Origin: Rebecca billardiae RCC1528
Taxonomy: Eukaryota; Protista; Haptophyta
DNA length: 64,000 bases
Direction of reading: 5' to 3'
Assembly (NCBI GenBank): GCA_965240325.2
Contig: OZ251225.1
Coordinates: 3,658,001 to 3,722,000 of the forward strand
In this document: positions 1 through 10,132 of the stretch, one piece after another
Numbering within the stretch: the stretch's first letter is position 1
Layout: each line of letters starts with the position of its first letter
Notes under the pieces: model-generated
Seen by the model: only the letters and a program-made list of their open reading frames with translations
What the model was told of the DNA's origin: nothing
The model's database searches: none
Translations under genes and position numbers: made by a program

Positions 1-363
1 TGGAACGGTGGATGCACTCGTTTTGGAACGGGCAAGGCCTGGCTGATCGAGGAGCCTCAAGGCACCATGAGCAAGCTCTTTGTCGAGAGGCGTTCACAAG
101 AGTTGTTTGTCGTTCCGTATACTCGATCATGCTCACGAGCTTTGACGTCAACCAGAAGTTTCAGCATTCTACGTGCTGATCTCCCTCGCGGTGAACACTA
201 CACCTCTGCCTCACCCGCTCTATTCTCTAGTTCCTCTCTATCCTCTAATTCCTCAACCACATTATCTATGGGACATGTGAACCCGCATCTATTGGGTACC
301 CCGCTAATGGCCGTCATCATCTGACTGCGAGCTCTATCTACTATCTCATACCCGGCTTCACAT

Positions 364-762
364 GGGGGGGAGTGTTGTGGTTTATTCATTTCTTCCTCTA
401 CGACCAGATTTTCTATTTCTCGACTTTCTTCACTCGGTCCTGATTCAGACCGGACTGACGTGATCAGACCGGACCGCTGTGCAGTCCAGACGCGCGGAAC
501 CGATATCGCTCTAGACATGACACGCTAAACTAGCTCACGCCCTCGTGCGCTCGCACGTGCTACGCCCGTCGCCGCTGCGGCCGCTGCCGGTACTGCATCG
601 ACCGTGCTGTCGTTGAGTGCTCGTGTATACGCCTACGTCTCTCGCCTCTCACCCTCGACCGTGCCGATCGCCCGTCACCAGTCCGCTCCCACAGGCGCGG
701 GACCGGACGAGCCCGTGCGAAACGCCCGCGTCACCAACAACCATCACAACCTCTTCACAATA
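364..762 (+). mobile_element. Possible 3' end (PPT + 3' LTR) of a decayed copia-type LTR retrotransposon extending off the left edge
   Basis: A purine tract GGGGGGGAG (364-372) is followed directly by TGTTGTG (373). CACAATA (756-762) is its near-inverted partner, giving the same TG...TA LTR style as the intact element at 16261-23606. Upstream sequence is AT-richer than host genes. No partner LTR is in the window. Confidence 0.3.
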
Positions 763-1055
763 CTACTCACTTCTCAGACGCTCATCAGGAGAATGCCGAT
801 TGCCGATGTATCATCGACTACTCCGGTATTGAATGAAGACGCGAACTTTACGTACTCACTTTATAATTAGGGCCGAGCGCATCCGCGAGTTCTGGCATCG
901 CGAATCAGCATCAGTCCTCGGATTATTATTGCATGACACTCGACATGTTCATGACCGTTCGGCGCCGCGCCCCGGCGCCCGTTGCATCGTCAGTCTCAGA
1001 CTTGCGCCACGTACAATTTGCGGCCTGAAACGCACATAGCGACTGTCAAGGCGCT

Positions 1056-2444
1056 TTAAGCCAGCGCAAGCATCTGTGGCGCCGGTGCGGGTGCGGCTGG
1101 TGGAGCAGCGGCTGACGGCGCCCCAGGCGCGGCGGCAGCAGTGGCGACGGGGGGCTCGCGCCCACCGAGTGGCTCGCTGCCTTGCAGGAGCGTGAGGATC
1201 TTGGTGATCTGCAGCGGCACAGTCGGGTCTTCGCCCTCCGGCACGTCGCCCGCCGCAAGGCGAGCGGCCAGCCGTGCTGCGAGTGCAGTGAGCTCATCGA
1301 CCGCACCGGCAGCGAGCCACCATTCACGGCATGCCTCGCGCTCGGCGGCGTCCACCGCTTCGCCCTGCATCGTCGCCAGGACGCACGCAAGCGCGTGGTT
1401 TTGCACCTCCGCGTCGTCCATGCGCGAGCTTTCGAGGAGCGTGCGGGCGCCGTCTGGCACCGCGCGCAGAGCGCCCGCCACACCGGCCGCCTCGTGCATG
1501 AGTGCCGACAGGAGGAAGAGGGTGCGCCTGCGCGTGCGCGCGTCCTCCGCGCTGGCGAGGCCGACGAGCTGCGCGATACCGCCCGCGTCGAGCAGCACGC
1601 GTGCGGACGCCTCGTGGCCGCGCACGCACGCCGAGAGAACGTACAGCAGGCGCGGGATGAGAGCGCGCGCCTGCGGGCGCGTGTGGGCGCGGCAGTGGTG
1701 GCGGTGAGCATGGGGCGCGCGCGCCGGCAGGGTGCGCGCTCGCGCGCGGCATCGGGGGCTGGCGTGGCGGCACACCTGCGACGCGCCATCGACACACCCG
1801 CGCACGAGCTCAAGCAGCGTCGTCACCAGGCCGACCGCGAGCGCCGCGTCCTGCGCCTTGGGGTTGTTCTGCACGCACGTCGCGAGCACGCCCGCTGCCG
1901 CGCCCGCCACGCCGTCAGCCGTCGAGCGGAGGCACGCGATGACGGGGCGCAGCCCGCCGATCTGCAGCAAGTCATTTGCGTTGTCGATCGACTCGACGAG
2001 GTACTCGATCTCCTCCAGCGCGCCCGCCACCTTGTCCGCGGCGCCGGCCTCCTCGGTGACAGCCTTGAGCAGCTTCTTCATCGTCGCCACGTCGCCCTCG
2101 CCGAGGATGGTGTCGAGGAACTCGCGGTACGCCGCGGGGTCGAAGTCGCCGCGCTCCTTGCGCTCTCGCAGCGCCTCAAAGTCCTCGTCGCGCGTGTTGC
2201 CGATCGACCACTTGAGCAAGTCGTTGAGCGAGTTGCCCTCGAGTGGAACTGCAGCTTCAGGCGCGCCCGTCGCACCGTCGCGCACCAGCTTGCCCTGCGT
2301 GTAGATGGACGTCTTCGAGGGGTCGTGCTCGCGGACCTCCGCTCCATACATCGACGACATGTCCATCGGCCGCATCCCTTCCGTCCAATTGTCGTGCGCT
2401 GGCGCGCCAGACATCGCGCCGTCCGCCGGTTGGGCAGCTGCCAT
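1056..2444 (-). CDS. HSPBP1: Hsp70 nucleotide-exchange factor HspBP1/Fes1 (ARM repeats), one in-frame intron 1671-1775
   Basis: Fes1-type motifs LNDLLKWSIGN, LEEIEYLVESIDNANDLLQIGG and VQNNPKAQ. A 105-nt GT-AG intron accounts for the Arg/Ala-rich insert in the ORF track. Confidence 0.85.
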   Translation of the reverse strand: MAAAQPADGAMSGAPAHDNWTEGMRPMDMSSMYGAEVREHDPSKTSIYTQGKLVRDGATGAPEAAVPLEGNSLNDLLKWSIGNTRDEDFEALRERKERGDFDPAAYREFLDTILGEGDVATMKKLLKAVTEEAGAADKVAGALEEIEYLVESIDNANDLLQIGGLRPVIACLRSTADGVAGAAAGVLATCVQNNPKAQDAALAVGLVTTLLELVRGCVDGASQVCRHASPRCRARARTLPARAPHAHRHHCRAHTRPQARALIPRLLYVLSACVRGHEASARVLLDAGGIAQLVGLASAEDARTRRRTLFLLSALMHEAAGVAGALRAVPDGARTLLESSRMDDAEVQNHALACVLATMQGEAVDAAEREACREWWLAAGAVDELTALAARLAARLAAGDVPEGEDPTVPLQITKILTLLQGSEPLGGREPPVATAAAAPGAPSAAAPPAAPAPAPQMLALA

Positions 2445-2957
2445 CCCTCTGAAGATGCGCGGGAGACGACGCTACGACGGTCCGCGTCCGGAGCGTTTGC
2501 CAGTGGCTCTGGAGCTGTTCCAGATCTACACGCCGCACAACCACAACGGCTGCGCGCGCCTGCGCCTGTCACGAATCCGGCCCCTCCAGTCCGGGGCAGT
2601 CTGACTACGTGGTGTCGGACCACACGCCTGGTAGATTCGGCGCTGGCTTCCGTTTGGCTGCTCCGACTGAAGGAGCCTGGCTACTGTACCTCCACGAGCG
2701 TGCGAAGCTAGGCTGCTGTGCATGCTTACGTTACCACGATCGTGTGACACACCGTCGTCCGTAGTGGCCCCCCGCGCGTCACGGGCGGCGCGCCCGCATC
2801 GGAGATTCAGTACTGACGTAGTCCGAGATCAGCGGCCGGCGGCGCACAACACAGCTCGGCACCGCGGCCGTTTCGCCGCCACACTGCAGCCTGCGGCACG
2901 CGCAGCAGTCTGCCCTTGCATCGTTCAGCAGACATGGCAGGCCGGGAGCTGCGCTCC

Positions 2958-4594
2958 CTACCCCCTTTGCTTGCGGATGAACTCCGCCATCGCGTCCGCC
3001 GAGCGATCGCCGTCGTACGGCGTGGGCTTGCCGCCCTTTGGCACCCAGTAGATGGTCGGGAAGCCCTGCACGTCGAAGCCGTCCGGCACGGTGTGCTCGT
3101 CTGCGTCGAGCTTGCCGATCACGACCGAGTCGTCATCGGCGAACTGCTGGCCGAGCTTGGCGTACTCGGGCTTGAGCATCTTGCAGTGGCCGCACCACGG
3201 CGCGTAGAACTCGACGAGCGCGTCCTTGCCCGAGTCGGTCACCTCCTCCTTGAAGTTGTCCGGCGTGAGCACCGTCACGGCGGACTCGTCCACGTCGCCC
3301 TCCTCGTCGTCCTCGCCGCCGGCGCCGTACGAGCTGTGGTCGGGCGCCTCGACCACCTTCGTTGGCTCGAGCTCGCCGCCGAGGAACTTGTCGCAGAACG
3401 CCTTGAGGTTGACGACGGAGAACTCCTCCTCGCCCATCCCGTACCGCTTGTCGCCGTCCTCGATGCCGACGCCCACCTGCTTCTTGCCCTCCTCCAGGCT
3501 CAGCCCGTAGTCAGACGACTGCGCAGGCGCGCGCGCGCGCGAGGAGGCAGCCATGCGCGGCGGGGCGGCTGCGCGTGAGCCGCGGGGACCTCTCGCGGGC
3601 CCGCGCACGCGCGCGAGGGCGCACCTCCCACGAGTAGTCCTTGATCGCAGCGATGGCGAACGAGAGCTTGCCCACGTACTCGGCCGCCACCTTGCGCACG
3701 CGGTTGACGTAGTAGTTGGAGCCCTTCGGATTGAGCGCGTAGTCGACGTCGAAGAAGACCTTGACCAGCGGGATCCCCCGCGCGCTGTACCGCTCCTTCG
3801 TGTTGTACGTCAGCTGCCCCACGAGCGGCAGCGACGCCTCGCGCAGGAAGATCTTGAGCGCCTCCGTGTTCGAGTAGTTCGTGCCGGGGAAGCGCGCCTT
3901 CGGCTTGTCGAACTTCTCGTTGACGAAGCGCGGGGGCTTGAAGACGACGGCGGCGCTCTTGTACTTGAACTTCGAGAGCACCGCCTCGGACGTCGTGTAA
4001 GCGAAGCGGTAGTCGTACTGCGCGGCGCAAGGCGCGGGCACGCGCGCCGGCGTGGGCGCGCCGGCTCAGGCCGTGTGCCCCTCTCGTGCGCAGAGCACGC
4101 GCCAGGCGGCGCACCTGAAGGGTCTGCGCGGAGGACTTGAAGTCATCAAGCGCATCGCCCTCCTCCGCGAAGAAGCCCACCACAGACGCGTCCTCGTTGT
4201 CGAGGAACGAATCGAACTGCGCTCGCATTGTGCGCGCGCGCGGCGCGCGCGTTCGGCGGCGCGTCAGGCGGGCCTGCGCGCGTGCACGGCTGGCTGGCGC
4301 GCCGCAGCGCAGGGGTGGGGTGCAACCGCGCGGGAGCCGCGCATGCACCTCCTCGGCCGTGGTCAGCTCCTTCAGGTCCGCCGCCGGCGGCGGCATGCTG
4401 TCGGGGTCATAGTCGTCGTCGCCCATGTAGTCGTCGTCGCCCATGTAATCGTCCTCGCCGCCATCGTAGTCGTCGCCGCCCTCGAAGTCCTCGTCATCGT
4501 AGTCCTCCGGGTGCACGTCCGCCCGCACGTACGCGGGGTACGACGCGAGGGCGATCGCGCCAAGCGCGACTAGAGCGACGAACCGCGCGCGCAT
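2958..4594 (-). CDS. PDI: Protein disulfide-isomerase (PDIA3/PDIA4-like, b-b'-a' domains), signal peptide, 3 introns
   Basis: Signal peptide MRARFVALVALGAIALA and an acidic tract. Exons include YDYRFAYTTS and NYYVNRVRKVA. The C-terminal thioredoxin domain has DALVEFYAPWCGHCK and VQGFPTIYW. GT-AG introns lie near 3519-3624, 4018-4113 and 4217-4348. Confidence 0.9.
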
Positions 4595-4740
4595 AGCTCG
4601 GATCAAGCGGGCGTGACCGCTGAGTCGCTGACGTGGCCGGACCAAAAGGAGGAGAGGTGGTGGCACTGTGACCGATAGGCCGGCTGGGCGGGCGCGCGGG
4701 AGGTCGGGACGCCGCTCAAGCTGCTTAGACGCTTGCCGCC

Positions 4741-5935
4741 ATGACTGCCATCCTCCTCGCGCCGGGCGTGGCTGCACGGGACGACGCCGCGCTGCGCGTG
4801 CGGTGGGGCCTACCCGCCGACACACGGGTCGTTCGCGAGGGCGTCAGCCAGATCGCCGACGCGAGCGTCGAGCGCGTCGTCGCCCTGTGCTGCGCGCGGC
4901 ACGCGCCCCTGCTCAAGGAGATCGCGCGCATTCTCAAGCCAGGGGGCGAGTGCATGCTGCACGAGCTCAGGCCGGCGGCGGGGCAGGCGGCGCACGGCAG
5001 CCCCCGCAGCGTGGTCAGCAGCGATGCCGCGTGCACAGCCGCGACCTACGCCGGCCTGGTCAGCCCCACCGCCCTCGAGGCGACAGCCGCCACGGCCGAG
5101 ATGGTCGCTGACCTTGTCGCTGCTTCGTACCCGGCGCTCGCGGCGATGAGCGCGCAGCAGCAGCAGGCTGGTGCGGCTGTGGAGGCCGCGGACGCGTTGC
5201 AAGCGCTCGCCGCGCAGCTCAGCCTTGCGCCACCCGTCCGTGCGTCGAGACCGGCGTATGCCACCGGCGCGTCTGTGTCCCTGCGCTCGCGCAAGCTGGT
5301 GCCGGCTGAGCCGAGTGCGGACGCTGCAAACGCATGGGCACAGGTGTGTGCGACAGCGCGTGCCGCATCCTGCGATGCGAGTGTGGCCCACGGCCGGCCT
5401 CGGGTCCTCGCCGCGCGCGCGGCGCGACACCCGCGATCGACACCCCTCTCACGGGCCGTGCTGCCCGCGGGCGCGCCCTGCGCGTGCCCGCGCCCTCGCG
5501 CGCGCGCAGGCGGCTGCTGCTGGCGGCGGCGCGGCCGAGCTGATGGACGAGGACGAGCTGCTCGACTCGGCGGACGCGGCGCTCCCCGAGCGCGCGGGCG
5601 CGGACAAGTGCACGCCCCAGACACGCAAGCAGGCCTGCGCCAACTGCAGCTGCGGGCTGAAGGAGATGGAGGAGGCGGCGGCGAACAGCGAGCCACCGCC
5701 CAAGTCCAGCTGCGGCTCGTGCGGCCTCGGCGACGCGTTCCGCTGCGAGGGCTGCCCGTATCGCGGCATGCCGCCGTTCAAGCCGGGCGAGGAGGTGAAG
5801 ATCGCGGACACGATGCTCAAGGGCGAGGCGCCCGCGCCCACGGCGGCAGACGCGGCGGCTGCCGCGCCACTGGTCAACGGAGGGAGTGGTGTCGTCAAGC
5901 TCGACGCGTCGATGATGATGGACGCGGACATTTGA
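4741..5935 (+). CDS. DRE2: Anamorsin/Dre2 Fe-S cluster assembly protein, intron 5344-5509
   Basis: N-terminal methyltransferase-like segment (IARILKPGG) and linker LMDEDELL. Cys motifs C-x8-CANCSCGL and [32 protein letters not shown]. Confidence 0.93.
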
Positions 5936-6737
5936 TGCGCAGCCACGCAGCGTGTGGATTGTACCAGCAGCACGGGGCGCACAGGCGGCAGGTGCCGAGG
6001 AGAGCCGCGCGCTCCTCTCCACGGGCGTCCCCTGGTCGCAGTCTGTCTGCGCGGCATCCGCACGCGTCGCTCGGGCTTACGCCGTTAGGCAGACAGCTGC
6101 CTGAATCCGCCGCGGGGCCACCGCGGCTACGCCGGTGTCACCGGATGCCCGATCATCTCACACACGAGCCTGGAATCAGGCTCGGGGCCGCGGGGCGGCG
6201 CCCGGGTGGCCGGTGGTGGTGTGGCGTTGCCCGCAGACCGGTGATGCCGGTGCCGCGCGGCCGGCCGAGTCCGCGGGCAACCGAGCGTGTGAGCCGCGGC
6301 CTGCCGGTCTGCGCGGGGGCCCGCGGCCCGCGTGTTCACGATGACACTGCCAGGTGATGTGAGGGTCTGACTCTGAGCCTGGATGTCGGAGTCTGACCGT
6401 GCTGATGTCTGCGCTGGTAACTCGTCTCAGTGAGTCAGTGACTGATGCCGATCGTCAGTGATCCCGGGTGTGGCACTATCATCACGCCCACGGACTCTTA
6501 GTAAGTCTTAGTCAGAGACTCAGAGTCCGAAGCTGCTAAGACCGTCAGTGACTGACGGCTCGGTCAGTGACGGTCTGACGCAGACAGACTGACGCCGGCC
6601 CGGACCGTTGACGGACTCACTGTCCGACAGTGATGACTGTCCGTCCGAGTCTGACGCAGTACGCTGCGGACACTGACACCGTAGTCACCGGCCCACTGCT
6701 GGGCTGCCGCCTGTCCTAGCTAGTCACTTTTACCTGC

Positions 6738-6849
6738 TACAGTTTACTAAGAATAAGAGACGCACGCAGCTCAGGCAGGCGAGATAGTCAGTCTGCCGTC
6801 CGAGTACAGTTTACTAAGAATAAGAGACGCACACAGCTCAGGCAGGCGA
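6738..6849 (+). repeat. Two tandem copies of the dispersed 46-bp motif TACAGTTTACTAAGAATAAGAGACGCACACAGCTCAGGCAGGCGAG
   Basis: Copies at 6738-6783 and 6805-6849. Others at 24602-24650(-), 40724-40783, 47198-47249(-), 47323-47579 (split), 53891-53939(-) and 54060-54099. Confidence 0.9.
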
Positions 6850-7067
6850 CAGTAATCAGTGTATGGTTACTGAGTAGTGAGTGGACGGAGCGGTCAGTGG
6901 TGGCAGCGCCGGACTCGATTTCTCAGGTCCAACGGTCGATTTAGTCATCAACCGCTCTCGATCGCGAGATCGCCGCGCAAGTCGTTGGTGCTCACCAGAC
7001 CGCGGTCGCTCACGAAGAGCGGACGACGGGTGGCCTATCGTAGCGCCCCGACAGGACGACGGAGAAC

Positions 7068-7778
7068 ATGTCGCACGACCAGGGCGAGCTTGACATTGTC
7101 TACCCCAGCTTCGACGCGGGCAAGAAGGGCAAGTCTCGACCGCCTCAGCGCGCCGCCAAACAGCCGGCTCGCAAGGCGGTGACATCGCCAAGCTTCAAGG
7201 CCTCCGACGGACTGCACGACGAGGACGTGGAGATCTCCGGCGACAGCGGTGACGGCGCGCCCGACACGAAGGAGATTGGGCTTGCCTTTCAGCAGCTGGT
7301 CCATCAGCTCGGACACAAGACCGAGAACAAGCGCAAGCGGACGGAAGAGAACTTCTCGCGCGAGCTCAAGAAGCTGAAGACGGACGTTCAGAACGCCATC
7401 GAGCAGCGCATGGCGGCTACGACGAAGCAGCTCGATCACCTCGAAGCGCAGATGAAGGCGAAGGAGAAGCAGCTTGGCGAACGGGCGATCAACGAAGTGC
7501 GCGGGCATGTGGCCGAGCTGAACCGCACGATGCTGTCTGCCGAGTCGAGCGTGGTGAAGGCGCGTGAGGACCTCGTTTCCGCAGAGGAGTCGGCAAAGCG
7601 CATCGCATCGCAGGAGTGCAAAGCGATGCGCGAGTATGTCGAGGAGGCCATCGCGAAGCACAAGGCGGACACGCGCACGACGACGGCTGAGCACGCCCTG
7701 CCGCATCGCGAGCTGTTCATGACCATTGACGAGCTCTTCATCGGCACGCAGGGCAACAAGCACGCAGTCGGCATCTGA
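7068..7778 (+). CDS. Coiled-coil protein, possibly an SYCP3/Cor1-like meiotic axis protein
   Basis: Intronless 236-aa ORF with host-like codon usage. It has a disordered N-terminus, a KRKR basic patch at residues 88-91, then about 130 aa of heptad-rich helix. Confidence 0.6.
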   Translation: MSHDQGELDIVYPSFDAGKKGKSRPPQRAAKQPARKAVTSPSFKASDGLHDEDVEISGDSGDGAPDTKEIGLAFQQLVHQLGHKTENKRKRTEENFSRELKKLKTDVQNAIEQRMAATTKQLDHLEAQMKAKEKQLGERAINEVRGHVAELNRTMLSAESSVVKAREDLVSAEESAKRIASQECKAMREYVEEAIAKHKADTRTTTAEHALPHRELFMTIDELFIGTQGNKHAVGI

Positions 7779-8946
7779 TGGTGAGAGACATGTGCGCTGA
7801 CTCTGATGACCTTTGCGATGCACGAGCACGTTCCAACCGTTCGATCCACGTGAGCACATTCAGATCTGACCCGATGCCACGCAGTGAGTGCCAAGCTGCG
7901 ACGAGGCGATCAATCACGGTGTGGTTGTAGTGGCCGGTGCCAGGATAATAGTACTGCTACCGTGCCGGCACTTAGATAGATCAGACTGCCTCATCTGATG
8001 ACTGATTCCGCGTCACGGTTGTTGCCAGTGATGATGCGCGGACGGTGGCACCCGCCGCCGCCCGCCTGGCAGCATACGGGCAATCGCGGGCAATAGGGAG
8101 CTGTCACGTTAGAAACTGGGACCTGCTATCTCCTGATCTGGCTTAGAAACTGAGACTAGCGATTGGCTGGTTCCGACGCTATACGCATCGCTAGTCACAC
8201 TATAAGAAACAGGGACTACGTTGCGGCTCGAGGACGCGGCCCGAGGTGCGTGCCCGTAGGACGCGGCGCGCGGCCCGACTGCGAGTACAGGCCAAGTCCA
8301 CTTCTCCTCGGTCTGAGTCCTGGCCCGTGCACCGGCATCCATGCAACATCATGCCGCCAGATTTTCTCCAAAAGGCCCAATTCTTTCTTCGGCGTCGCCG
8401 GCCGGGCCTGAAGACTCAGTCAGCGGCCGGGGGCTCTGCCACCCTGCGCCCCCCGCGCCTTTGCGGCGGGCGATCCCGTAGCTAAGAAACTGCGACTCCG
8501 CAGGCGCTCGCCTGGCTACCGAACGGCTATTGTAAGAAACCGAGCAGACTAGCCGTAAAATCTCTGATGACTTCTTATTCGGCGACGCGACTGTCATGCA
8601 GTGTCTGTAGTAGCCTTGCCTTACAGTAGCAATCAATCCAGCACATATCTGTGATGCATGTATACCAGCGCACATATCGCGTTTGACGACTTCGATACGA
8701 CGACAGCATACGTATACGTTATATTTCGTTCTCACTCGCGCGTCTCGACCGAGCGTCGATTCGCGACGACACTCGCTATGACTAGCAGCAGCTTGAGCTC
8801 GCGATATCTGACGACGATTCTGCTCGGACGATCGAGTGTCGAGTCTTGCTGCACCCTGGCCCCTGGATAATAATCATATATCGTCGTCAAGTCGTGATGA
8901 CGATGATGATTATTCAAGAATCAAGTCGTGATGCGACACTGACTAC

Positions 8947-8972
8947 TCTCTCTCTCTCTCTCACTCTCTCAC

Positions 8973-9030
<58 letters not shown>
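8947..9030. repeat. (CT)n microsatellite
   Basis: Directly visible. Confidence 0.98.
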
Positions 9031-9033
<3 letters not shown>

Positions 9034-9043
9034 GTCTACGACT

Positions 9044-9898
9044 GACCCGTTGCAAGCGTGAGCGCCGAAAAAACGACACTTCTGCGGCCTAGAGTGATGA
9101 CGATAGTCTTGCCGGCGGCGGCGGCGGCGGCGGGAGCGTGACAGTGCGTCTACCATCACCTTCCGTTTAGCGCGCTACGCCGCGCGTGCCGGGTAGTGCC
9201 CCCGGCCCGCCGCAGCAGCAGTCGACAAGTAGTGAAGAGACGATGACCGCGGACGCAGTGCCGCAGTACAGCCTGCATCCACTTGCAGCGCGGCGCGCAC
9301 TGTAGTTGCACTTGCAGCGCTCGCGCTCAGCGAGCATGGGCGTGCGCTCAGGCGTGTCAAGTGCTGTCTCGTCGGCGCGCTTTCGCCTGCCACCTCGCGC
9401 ACCCGTGCACGCAGCTTCATCGTCTTCATGAGGACTGCTGTGCTGCTGTCGCCATCACCCGAGTCCGCGGTCGCGCGGCGCGCGCGGTGGCAGCTGTGCA
9501 CCGCAGAGTGTCACCGCTGCTGCTTCGCAGCAGTCGTCAGCAGTTGCGTCGTCATCCTCCTCGTCGTCGGCTTCCACTGCCGCAAGAGGGAACGCTGCCA
9601 AAGCTGCAGTTGGGAGGCAAGCCCTTCGCTCTTCCCACCGCGGCGCGCGCGTTGTGACAGCCCTCCCCGTTTGGCTTCTCTTGACCACCTGCTGAGGGTT
9701 TTGCAGCTCGATCTCGGCAACGGCACCACCTGGCGACGAACGGATTGGATTGGTGCACGGGGAATTGGATTCCCCGCGCACCAATCCGCTCGGTTCGTCG
9801 CGCCCGGCCGCCATCGCCCAGCGCTAGTTGCAAAACCGTATTTTCACCGGTACGTCGCATTTTCACCGCCCTACGGTCACTCACCCGTGCAACGGGTC
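9044..9898. mobile_element. Non-autonomous TIR DNA transposon, copy 1 (855 bp, 4-bp TSD GACT)
   Basis: TIRs GACCCGTTGCAAGCGTGAG ... CTCACCCGTGCAACGGGTC. GACT is duplicated at 9040-9043 and 9899-9902. A homologous copy lies at 46099-46956. Confidence 0.85.
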
Positions 9899-10132
9899 GA
9901 CTGCTGATTAGTGCCGATATTATTCCGGCGGAAATAACTCGCGCGTGCTACACTACTTTTATATATAATCGCCACCACGACTGATCGGGGCCGGGGGCCG
10001 GCGGGCAACTAGATAGACTGTCCGGAGCCGGAGCCCGTCGTGTGCAATACTCTTACGTATTCTGATACGCGACTGCAATCTGCATCACCAGCCTCAGCCT
10101 GACACTGCCGTCTTGATCAGCCGCCACGCTCA

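Noticed and set aside
198-518. 106-aa minus-strand ORF
   Set aside because: No recognisable domain, and it spans the putative PPT/LTR junction of a decayed element.
6738-6849. 46-bp repeat with a short spacer as a possible CRISPR array
   Set aside because: Only two adjacent copies; the rest are dispersed in both orientations. The context is eukaryotic and no cas genes are present.
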